From Proteromonas lacertae (Eukaryota): a DNA stretch of 64,000 bases. A program made the translations under genes and the position numbers. The stretch spans positions 248,001 through 312,000 of the forward strand of contig NGBS01001163.1 in assembly GCA_002245135.1 (NCBI GenBank). Direction: 5' to 3'. Below are positions 41,322 to 53,685 of the stretch, in pieces (position 1 is the stretch's first letter; each line of letters begins with the position of its first letter). The notes beneath the pieces are model-generated. The model was not told the origin of the DNA, searched no databases, and worked only from the letters and a program-made list of their open reading frames with translations.

Positions 41322-44300
41322 ATGGAAAACAAAGCAATGGAACCCGTTGCTATTGTTGGCATTGGATGCAAATTCCCTGGTGCAGATAATCCAGATGAAT
41401 TGTGGTCGTTATTAGAAGAAGGTAAAGATATGGTTACTGAAGTTCCAAGTGATAGATGGAACAAAGATAATTGGTATAGTGAGACAAAAATGAAAAGTAA
41501 ATCAGTATATATTCTATTGTAATTGTTCAAATTATAGATAAGTAATTCAGGAGCATTTTTAAAAGATATTGATTTATTTGATTCACCATTTTTCAACATT
41601 ACTCCAAAAGAAGCTAGTCAATTAGATCCACAAATTAGATTATTACTTGAAGTATAAATTAAGTAGTTATATATAATAATATAGTGTACTTGGAATGCAA
41701 TAGAAGATGCAGGAATAGACTACACCAAACAGAATCCAGATGGTGGTGTATTTATGGGACAAATGTCTCATGATTTCATGGATCTTGAATCCTTAGGTCG
41801 TTACACATTAACATCCTTCGCAATGCAAGGTAATGCAACAACCTTCGCATCCAACAGAATCTCCTACTTCCTCAATCAACATGGACCAAGTGTAACCTAC
41901 AATACAGCTTGTTCATCATCATTAGTTGCATTTCATTATGCAGTTCAAGCTGTAAGAAATGGAGAATGTTCTTGGGCAATTGCTGGTGGTTCTAGTGTAT
42001 TATTAGATCCAAGAATCTACGTCGCATTCACTGATTGGGGAACAATGTCACCTGATGGAAAATGTTTTACATTTGATGAAAGAGCGAATGGATATGTGAG
42101 AGGTGAAGGTGCTGGTGTTGTGATATTGAAGAGATTAAGTGATGCTATTAGAGATAATGATAGAATATATTCAATAGTAAGAAATACTGGTATAAATCAT
42201 GATGGTCATAAACGTGCAATAACAATACCCAATTCAGAAAGTCAAGAAGAATTAATGAAGAGAGTTTATAAAGAATGTGATATTGATGTATGTAATGTGG
42301 ATTATATTGAAGCACATGGTACTGGTACAGTCGCAGGAGATAGTGCAGAGACAACAGCAATTGGTAAAGCATTATGTCCAACTGAAAGAAAACAATCGTT
42401 ATTGATTGGATCTGTAAAAACTAATTTAGGTCATATGGAAGGTGCAGCTGGAATACTATCCGTTATAAAAACTGCATTATCAATCTATTACAGTAAGATA
42501 CCACGTAATTTGAACTTTAACAAGCCAAACCCTAAGATTGATTTTGCTGGTTTGAAATTAAGAGTTCCAATTATTACAGAACAATGGCCTAATAATAATG
42601 AAGGTGTAAGAAGAGCTGGTATAAATAGCTTTGGAATTGGTGGTAGTAATGCTCATGTTATATTAGAGAATAATGAAAGTGAAAATACTGAAATAATCAC
42701 TACAACTGAAGCTACTGATTCTACATATTATATACCATTATCAGCTCAAAGTGATGATTCTTTAATGAAAGTGATTAATAATTTATCAAATATATGGAGT
42801 AAGAATATAGATAATAATCAATTATTAAGTGATATAAGTTATACATTAACTTATAGAAAACATCATTTATCACATAGAGGATTGATCTGTGATACAAAAG
42901 AGAATATTCAATATTTATTATCCAATATAAACACTAATCCGACTGTACAAAAGAGATTATTAAAAGGAAATACTTTAGAGAATAAACAGAGAGATATAAT
43001 AATGGTATTTTGTGGACAAGGAGCTCAATGGAAGAAGATGGGATTAGAATTATATAAAACAAATGAAACATTTAAAAATACAATGGATAAGTGTTGTGAA
43101 ATAGTGAATAAGAGATTAAATATTGATTTATGGAAAATAATGCAAACTGATGAGATAAATCAAACTATTTATTCACAACCAGCAACTACTGCTTTAGAAA
43201 TAAGTATTTATGAATTATTAAAATCATATGATATACATCCAACATGTGTTTGTGGTCATAGTTCTGGTGAAATCGCTTCAACCTATGCAGCAGGTGCAAT
43301 AACCCTCGAAGAAGCAATGATAGTAGCATTATATAGAGGTAAATGTATTCAAGAGTTATGTCCCAATAATGGAGGAATGGCTGCTTTAGGAACATCACCT
43401 GAGATTGCTGAACAGTTAATATCAACTGAAGAGAGGATATGGGTTGCTTGTTATAATAGTCCAAATGCCATAACACTGTCTGGTGATAGAGATGTATTAG
43501 AATCATTTGGTAAGGCGTTAGTAGAAGATGGATATTTCTATAAACCATTAGAAGTATCACATGCTTATCATTCACCACATATGGAGCCAGCAATGAAGAA
43601 ATATAGAGAATATATGAGTGATATTAATAGTAATAAAGAAGATAATAGTGTAGAGTTAAAAGCTAGAATATTCTCATCTGTTGTAGGTGATGAAATAAGT
43701 GAAGGTAGTAGAATTAATGCTGATTATTTTATTGACAATTTAACTCATCCAGTTAAATTCCAACATATTATATCGAAGTTATATAGTCTATATCCTGATG
43801 CAATCTATTTAGAAGTTGGTCCTCATCCTACTCTTCGTAGACCAATCATAGCTTCTTGTAATAATAACAATATCAGTGAAACACAAGTATTTGGTACATT
43901 AACAAGAGATTTAAATGATATTACATCTATCAAGAAATGTATTGGTCAATTGTATTGTAATGGTAATGAATATGAAACTGCTATAAAAGAATATGTTCCA
44001 AAAGCTAATTTTTATGGTAATTTACCAATTTATCCATATGAAAAACAAAGATTATGGAAAATGAATGAAGAAGCTGAGAAGTTGTTACATTCAGCAAGAA
44101 TAAGTCCATTATTAGGTATTAGACAATCATCTCCTTATCCATTATATAAATCAACCATTGATTTGAAAGAATTAACCTATTTATTAGATCATAAAATAAT
44201 GGGAAGTTATTTAGCTCCAGCTGCTATGTATTTAGAAATGTCATTTTCTGCTATTTGTAACTTATATCATACTAAGAAAGGTTCAATTTATTACAGTCAT

Positions 44301-47300
44301 TTCCAACAACCACTTATACTCAATGAAGATGAACCAAGTTACATATTTACTCAAGTTGATACAAAATCTGATGAATTGACTATTTCTACTAGAAAATCCA
44401 ATGATAGTACAAGTGATATACAATCAAATACTCCATTTATTACTTATTATAAATGTCATATTAGACCAGAAATCGATGATTGGTGTATTGGAGAACCATT
44501 ATCCAATATAATTCAAAAAGTAAAAGAAGAAACTGTAGAAATTAATATCTCTCAATTATATACTTCATTATCAGCAGAAGGTTTAGAATTTGGTGATACA
44601 TTCCACTCATTATCTCAAGTCTACAAAGGTAGTGATAATGGTATATGCAATGTTGCTGTAAACTTACCAGCAGAACAATTATCACATTATGTAATACATC
44701 CTGTTATATTAGATGCATTATTCCAATCTATGATCTGCACATTATCAGGATCACCATCTGCTTATATTCCAGTTGGTTGTGATAGTATGTCATTTGATTT
44801 AACCAATTACCATGAGAATACACCAATCTCTATCTATGTAAAGAGAGTCAGTGAAGGTCATATAGTAGAAGCTGATGTATGGATGTATTGTGGTGGAAGT
44901 TCATTACCATTCGTATGGTCTAAAGGATGTAAAATACAGTCTTTAGTGAATGAAAGATGTATTAATGAAGTAGATATATCACAGATAGTCAGTGAAATGA
45001 AATATGAAGAAATATATTTATCAGAGAATGAACAAAGTCATTCATTTACATTAACACCTACACCTGAATCTCCATTATTACTATTAACATCAATGAGAAG
45101 AGAATGTCAAATTATTAACGGATTAGCTCAAACATATGAGAATTGTATTGTATTAACTGGAAATAGCAATGATAGTGAAATACCATCATCTATATCTGCT
45201 GCTATATTTGTATATGAATCAGATACAAATTTCCCAGAACCGATTGATTTAGATTTATTACTATCTTGGACTCAAGACTTATTGAAATTACAAAAGAAAA
45301 TTAAATTCTATATAGTGACATTAGGAGCTAATGGAAATACATCAAATCCTGCTACAAGTTGTTTAATTGGTTATGGAAGAACATTACAAAATGAAACAAA
45401 TCAATTAGAAACGATATTAATTGATTTAGACAATACAAAGCCATTACAACAACAAATCCATCAATTAATTACTATTATCTCATCATCATCTTTAACAGAA
45501 CAACAACAACAACAACAAGAGAATGAAATTATTGAGAGAGGTGAGAAGTATTACACTCCCAGAGTAATATCATTTGATCATCATAGAGAAGTAAAAGAGA
45601 ATGATATAGAGCCAAAGAATGGTAGATGGTTATTAGATATTGAGAAACCAGGTTTATTAGATACATTTATAAGGACTGAAGGAGTTGATAGAGAGTTAAA
45701 ACCTGATGAAATATTATGGGAAGTTGAATATGCTGGACTGAATTATAAAGATGTAATGATTGCAATGGGATTATTAAAAGAAGATGCATTTAAAGGAGGA
45801 TTCTCACAGACTAATATAGGTATGGAAGGATCAGGTAAAGCAATAAAAGTAGGTAAAGATGTGAAGAAGATCAAAGTGGGAGATAAAGTATATGGTATAT
45901 GTCCTGATGGATTAGGAACTCATGCTATAACTCCACAATGTTGGTTATTCAAATTACCAAAACACTTATCATTAGATGAAGTAGCTGGTGTGTTTGTACC
46001 TTATGTTACTGCTTATAGTACATTATCTGAATTGGTACATATTAATAAGAATGATATTGTGTTAATACACGGTGGAAGTGGTGGTGTTGGATCTTGTGCT
46101 ATTCAAGTAGCAAAGAATGCAGGTGCGACTGTAATTTGTACAGCTTCAACACCTGAAAAGAAGAATTATTGTAAATCATTAGGTTGTGATTATGTATTTG
46201 ATTCTAGAAGTTCAACATTTGTATCTGATGTAAAGAAACTAACTGAAGGTAAAGGATGTAATGTTATATTAAATTGTTTATCCAATCATTTGATGAGAGA
46301 AAGTGTAAGATTATTAGCTCCTTACGGCCATTTTGTTGAGATTGGTAAGATTGATGCTATGAATGATAATACAGTCAATTTACACTGATTTATTAGAGAA
46401 TGAAACTTATGTATTTTATGATTTAGATAGATATTTAGAACAACAAAAAGCTACTGTCACTCGATGGGGTGAAATTATTGATAATTTACTAGAAACCAAG
46501 AAATTAAAACCAATGCCAACGACTATATTTTCATTAACTCAATTGAATGATGCTATTCGATATTTAGGTCAAAGTAAACATATTGGTAAAGTTGTAATAA
46601 GACTTAGAGATTCTAAAACTAATGAAATTATCCCAATAACTAGCAGTTTACCTTATCGTAGTAAATATCCATTTAGTAGTGAATATAGTTATTGTATAGC
46701 TGGTGGAAATAGAGGAATTGGTATCGAATTGTGTAGATGGATGGTGAATAGAGGTGCTAGAAGTATTATTATATTATGTCGTTCAGGAAAATGTGATAAA
46801 GAAGGAGAAATTGTGTTATCACAATTACAACGTAAATATAATACTAAAATTAGAATATATGAATGTGATATCACTGATTCTTTGGATGTTCAAAGAGTAA
46901 TGCAAACTATACAATCTACTGAATTACCATTAAAAGGAATAATTCATTCAGCAATGAACTTAGAAGATCATTTAATATCAACAATGAATATTGATTTATT
47001 CAACCAATCATATGAAGTGAAGTGTAAAGGTGCTTGGAATTTGCATTATTATTCTCAAGAAATGATTAAAGAACCATTAGATTTCTTCATCTGTTTATCC
47101 TCAATCTCCAGTGTGATTGGTAATCCAGGTCAAAGTAATTATTGTAGTGGTAATAGTTATATTGAAGGATTAATGGAATATAGACGAAGTAATGGATTAT
47201 GTGGTTTATCTTTGAATTTAGGAGCTGTTAGAGATGCTGGTGCAGTATTTAGAAACAATTCAATTGTTACTGATACATTAAAAGAAGATATGATCAGTGT

Positions 47301-49182
47301 AAAAGATATAGAATCAGCTATTTATAATTCAATGAAATACAAATATCCATCTCAAGTCATAGTTTGTCCATTCAGTGAGAAATCCTTAGGACAATTAAAA
47401 CAGAATAGAAGATTCAATGAATTAATCAAAACTCATGGTAATATGAAGAGTAACGAAAATACAATGTTAAAAAGTATATTACAACTTCCAGAAAGTGAAC
47501 AACAAGAAGCAGTTAGTCATTATGTAAAAACAGCACTTTGTTCAGTGATTGGATTATCTGAATCAAGTTTAAGAAATGACCAATCATTAACCACTTTAGG
47601 TATTGATAGTATAGTTGCTGTAGAATTAAAGACAATGTTAGACAATCAATTTGAGATGAATATTCCAGTGTTTGAATTAACAAATGGTAAAACAATTCAA
47701 GGATTAATAGATGATATATCTAAGAATGTAAAACAAATCCAATCCAATAATAAATCATCTTCAAAATCAGTTACAAATACAGCTACTACTACTACAAGTA
47801 CAATGCAATTATATTCACGTGATGATTTACAGAGGAGACAAGAAGATGATACAACTACAGAAGAAGACTTGGTAATAAGTACAATGAATTTACAATCAAG
47901 AAAAGAGAATAATATTTTATCATCTCTCACTGATAATATTAGTTCTAATAATGGAATAATGCATTTTGATTGGAGAAATACTAATGAATATCAAGATGTG
48001 AGTTTATACTTAAAATGGTTGAAATGGAATCCTTATTACTTTACTCAAAAACACATTACTCCCACCACTTCTGATATTGATGGTTATAAGAATGTAATAG
48101 ATTTCACATCTTATGATTATTTAGGTTATTCTACAGATGAAAGTATAATTAAAGCAGGTCAAAAAGCATTAAGTGATTATGGAAGTTCAGTTTCTGCTTC
48201 AAGATTAACTGGTGGTCAAGTCCCAATTCATACAGCCTTAGAAAAAGCAATTAGTAATCTCTTAGGAGTTGAAGATGCAATAGTTTATTTAGGAGGACAT
48301 ACAGCCAATGTTAATACAATCAAAACACTCTTTACTAAGAAAGACTTGATAATGTGTGATGAATTATCTCATAACAGTATAATGGAAGGTATAGCATACA
48401 GTGGATCAACTTGTGTACCATTTAAACACAATGATTATAAAGATTTAGATAGAAAGTTGACAAGTAGAAGAAAGAAATATGAGAAAGTGTTAATAGTGAT
48501 AGAAGGTATTTACAGTATGGATGGTGATATTCCAAATTTACCCAAATTCATTGAAGTAAAAGATAAACATAATTGTATATTAATGGTAGATGAAGCTCAT
48601 TCAATCGGTGTATTAGGCGATCATGGCAGAGGTATTTCTGAACATTATAATATCAATGCAAATAAAGTAGAAATCTGGATGGGTAGTTTAGGTAAAGCAA
48701 TGGCAAGTGCTGGTGGATATATAGCTGGTCAGAAAGAATTAATAACGATATTAAGATATAGATCACCTGGATTTATGTATAGTATTGGATTACCTCCAAG
48801 TTCAGCAGGTTGTGCGTTAGCTTCTATTGAAAGATTAAGTAAAGATAATTCCCGAGTTGCTACTTTACATGAAAGATGTATGTATTTTAAGAAATTATGT
48901 GTGAAAGAGAATATAGATATTGGAGAATGTGTTGATGTTCCTTCTGCTGTAGTATCTGTGTTTGTTGGAGACACAGAGAAATGTATAAAAATATTACAAT
49001 TATTGAGAGAAGAAGGTGTGTTAGTAACACCTGGAATGTGGCCTGCTGTTGCTCAAGGTAAAGCAAGATTGAGATTCTTTGTGAATGCTAAACATTCTAG
49101 TAGTGAAATTAAGAATACTGTGGATTCGATAAAGAGAGTGTTTGGTAGGTTCAAAGGAAATAAATTGATTACAACTGCTTAG
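41322..49182 (+). CDS. Single-module reducing type I PKS/FAS fused to a PLP alpha-oxoamine synthase (KS-AT-DH-ER-KR-ACP-AOS)
   Basis: [136 protein letters not shown]. Introns at 41505-41537 and 41652-41684; +1 frame break at ~46385. Confidence 0.92.
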
Positions 49183-49319
49183 AGAATTAATTAGATTCTT
49201 TTTATTACTCGATTTATTTTCATTATATTATCATTATATTGATTTATGTATGTGAATGTAAAAAAAACATAATAACATATATAAATTGAGAGGATAATAT
49301 ATGAAATAATGGATATTAT

Positions 49320-49653
49320 TTACTTCCATGTAATCCACGATAATATTCTGCTAAATAATCCTTGTTGAAGTTGTTCATCAGTAACACCTACATCATTTTG
49401 TAAGTTCTCAAATCTTTTATCCAATCTTTGCTGTTCTTCTTCAATTTCTTGAAGTTCTCTTTTCTGTTGTTCTAATCTAATAATTTGTCCTGCAATATCC
49501 CTTTCTCTTTCATCGAAAACACCTTTCATTCCTTCATTCCTACACATTCTTTGATCAAACATAATAATTTCATTTCTACCATCATTATTGTTACTTCTTT
49601 GTGATGCCTATATTATATAATAATTTCACCTATACTGTTAAAGATAAGCTCAT
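49320..49653 (-). CDS. Small coiled-coil hypothetical protein
   Basis: ORF 49320-49562 plus a short first exon (ATG 49653) and one intron; ends GLFSRILSWITWK. Confidence 0.45.
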
Positions 49654-49734
49654 TTTTGTTAAACAAATTTTTGGAATAATTTGATAAGAAATTATAAATA
49701 AAATAACTTGGAATTTTATTGTAAACTGAAAATA

Positions 49735-50275
49735 ACGACTATGTAAATCATTATTTATGTAAATAATTAAAAAAATTCATTTATGAAACGACTATATTTT
49801 TAATAATTAAATAAAACAACGAAATTAGATATTTAGATCGAAATAAGTATATAATGGAAGTTATTGTGAAGAAATATTTATATAAATGGTTGATTAGGTG
49901 TTGAAAGAGTAACTCAATCTCAACAATTAGCTGAAAAGTGATTTAAAATGTGTTATTCCCTAAGATATGAACTTATATTGTTAAATAAAACCTACAATAA
50001 ATAGCAGTGTATTTAATTTCACAAAATCAGGTGAAGTAAAATTCAGGGTGTTTGGAATATACGTTATTATTATCAATAATTGGTAAACATTAATATTCAT
50101 ATTCTGTATAAATACCTGTTTTTCTTTCCACATCCACTGAAATAGTTATAAAACTACATAGAATATTATCTTTAGCTTGTGTAAAAACAGAAGAATTGAA
50201 AATAATGTAAAAAGGTGTTTATGTAAATATAAATACATTTACATAAACGAAAAATATGTAAATAGTTTTTACATA
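49735..50275 (+). repeat. Upstream non-coding block, copy 1 of 3 (others at ~50883-51384 and ~53057-53685)
   Basis: Collinear motifs AAACGACTATATTT, TGGTTGATTA, AGTA(A/G)CT.AATCTCAA.AATTA and ATGTAAA..TTACAT precede each GBP-like unit. Confidence 0.8.
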
Positions 50276-50796
50276 ATGGAAATTGATAATAAAGATAACG
50301 AAATAATTGACAATTTTGTCAATCAACATCTTAATCCATTGAAGAATTCATTCTTAAATATGAATGAATCTCAATTCAATGATGCAATAAGAAATATTCA
50401 AAATGAATATGAGAATGTTAAGAAGAGTGCAATTGATAAATCCAAATTGAATAATATACACTTCTATAATGACATATTATCGCTTCAAAGTCAATACAGA
50501 GAAGTTAAAGAAAAAGAAAGATTAGAAGCAGAAAGAAAAGAACAAGAACAAATATATCAATTGATATTACAACAGAAAGAGAAAAATTAGAAGAAGAAAG
50601 AAAAGAAGCAGAAAGAATAAAACAAGAACAATTACTGCAACAACAAGCCGAAGAAGAACGAAAAAGAAAAGAAATTGAGAGAATGTTAAATATACCTCCA
50701 CCACCACCTGTTTATGTAGAAGATTATTATGAAAGAGGTGGTTGTAGTACTTTTACATTTGTAATTTGTATAATCATTTCCTATTTTCTATTTTAA
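50276..50796 (+). pseudogene. GTPase-less GBP-like paralog (C-terminal helical part only), one frameshift; pseudogene or truncated gene
   Basis: DNEIIDNFVNQHLNPLKNSFLNMNESQFN and IERMLNIPPPPPVYVE closely match the C-terminus of 51385-52901; -1 break in an A-run at ~50585. Confidence 0.6.
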
Positions 50797-51384
50797 AATA
50801 TTCATTTTTATCTGTATCTTTTTTTAAATCAACAACCATAAAAGCTTATCAATTGATGTGAAACTTTGAAATGAAAAATAAAAAAACGACTATATTTTCA
50901 ATATTTCAAATAAATGATGGTATAAGGTGAGCATATATATTAAAAATTGATATTAAGGTTATGACAAATAAGAAAATGATATAGATGGTTGATTAACTAC
51001 AGAAAGAGTAGCTTAATCTCAAAAATTAACAGAATTATAACAGAGTGTGTTATTCATTTAACCATTGTATTGAGTGATTATTAAAAATCTACAAATAGAA
51101 TAGCTTTGGTTAATTTCAGAAAATAGAATGAAATGAAGTTTAAGAAGTGTATCACACGCATATTATTATCAGTAGTCGATATAAAAACCATTACATATGT
51201 TTATCTGTCTAACTTATATTTCAAGTGTATTTGGCTGTAAAGTAGAATAATATGTTGTAAATATATTGGTTTATGTGATTATGTAAAAACATAAAAATTG
51301 GATATGTGTATAAAGTGTTTATTTATGTAAATAGAAGAAATTACATAAAAGAAACGGTAAAATTATTTGTGTAAATAACAAACA

Positions 51385-52901
51385 ATGAGTTTATCAACTT
51401 TAAGAACCTCTCCTGTTGTATATGAAAAAGTTAAAGTATAATTATTATTATATATATGATATATATAATGAATAGATCATATCCTATGGGAATGGAAGAT
51501 TATCAAGTAATTTAAGTGGTTTGAAAACTCTGTTAAACAAAATTCCAAACATTCCGATAGTGATAATATCTGTAGAAGGAAAATATCGAAATGGAAAGAC
51601 AACCGTGATAAATGTGTTAGTTCCAGTACTTGAATATTACAGTCAACACGGAAGTTTAAATGGATTTAATAAAGATCTATTAGATTTTCATTGTCATGGA
51701 TTTGAGTTTAAGAGTGGAAGTGATTCTGTGACAGTTGGAATTGATATTCTTAATCATCCATTTATCATTCCAAATCCGAATGATAGTTCCAAAAAGCTCG
51801 CTGTTTTACTGATGGATACTCAAGGATTAGATGCACTTGATGTAGCAAGAGGTGTTGATGAAGTGATTGTGAGTATGACTCACTTCTTGTCATCTCATGT
51901 AATATACAATATCGAAGGAAATGTAGAACCAAGAAAAATCGAAGAATTGATAAGATTGGCTAGTCACAGTGAAGTATAAATTTATGAATAATAATATAAT
52001 AAAATAATAGAATCACAGTAAAAATGCCTTTTGTTCCTTAGACATATTGATTCGAGATTATGGTTATACAAAAAGTAGTATAGATGAAATGAAGATGGAA
52101 TGTAAGAAATATATAAATGAAATGACCAAAAATGATGAATCAAATTTAGTAGTATATATAATATAAATCTAATAAATATTCAATAATATATTTTAGAGAA
52201 ACTTAAAAGCATTAGAAAAATATTTTCGATTCATCAACTATTATCCATTACCAAAACCAGGAAGTGCAGTAGAAAAGAAGAACTTTAGTGGAGAAAAAGA
52301 AAAGATTAACATCAAATTTATCGAATTACTTAATGATTATATGTTTATCTTATTTGATAATAAACATATTAATCCAAAATTTAATGATGGTGAAGAATTA
52401 TATAGTTTATTTGAATCAATCTGTAATTCAACAATAAATGATGGAAGAAACAATGTAGATGAATGTTATAGAATGATAACTGAGAATAACGATAATAGAA
52501 TAATCAACAATTTCAAAACTAAACATCTTAATCCCTTAAAAAGTTCCTATTTAAATATGAGCGAATCTGAATTCAATAGTAGAATCAGTAGTATTCGTAA
52601 TGAATATGATAGCTTAAAGAAGAATAACAGTTTGTATAATAAATCTAAATTGAATAATATAAATTTTGAAAATGAAATTTCATCTCTTCAAAATCAATAC
52701 AGACAAAAGCTAGAAAGAGAAAGATTAGAAGCAGAAAGAATAAGACAAGAGCAATTACTGCAACAACAAAGAGCCTATTATGCACAACAACAAGCAGAAG
52801 AAGAGCGAAGAAGAAGAGAAATTGAAAGATTGCTAAATATACCTCCACCACCACCTGTTTATATAGAACATCATCATGGAGGAGGTTGTAGAATAATGTA
52901 A
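51385..52901 (+). CDS. GBP/atlastin-family large GTPase with CaaX (CRIM)
   Basis: SVEGKYRNGKT (P-loop), TVGI, LLMDTQG, LSSHVIYN, LIRD, LPKPG; helical tail; three introns. Confidence 0.85.
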
Positions 52902-53685
52902 TAATAAACTCATTAAAACCATATATATTATACTTACTATTACTTTCATTTGTATCTTTGTATTTATAGATGACTATAATTATCATATACAGTAATACTA
53001 TATTAATATCTCTATAATCTAATTATTTAATATAAAAATCAAAAATAAAAACTATGTAAAACGACTATATTTCCAATATTTTAAATAAATGATGAAACAA
53101 GATGAGTATATACATGAAATATTGTTGTTGATGTTATAACCAATTAGAAAATGATAGAGATGGTTGATTAACTGTTTAAAAAGTAGCTCAATCTCAAAAA
53201 TTAACAGAAATGATATTGGAAGGTTTTTTTTTTAGTATTACAGCTTCAATAATTATTTAATATGTAGAGCGAGCATAACTTTTGATAATCAGAGTTATTC
53301 TTCAGATTTATAATGTTAAGGAGAATAGAATTAAAATTGCTATTCTGAATGTTTAAATGCAACAGTTTGTTGGTTTGTTAATGTGTCTATCTTCATAATT
53401 AATTCTAATTGCTGTGTAGAGTAATTTCTGTAGTTTGAATAGTAATATTTTTCTATTATGAATTGATGTAGTGTTAAAATATGTTGTATGTTGTTTGCAT
53501 TAAAAGAAAGTAAAATAATAGAATTGGTTATATCTGTATATCTACTGATTATATATTTTGTTAGACTGAACATGATTGATATGTGCATGTTAAAATGATT
53601 CAATTAAACATGTGTATAAAGTGTCTGCATGTAAAATATAGTAGATTTTTACATACTCAATAAATAACTAACTTTCCCTGTAAAA

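Noticed and set aside
41322..49182. PKS as bacterial contamination or a chimeric join
   Set aside because: It has two spliceosomal-type 33-nt introns and the same AT-rich composition as the flanking eukaryotic genes.
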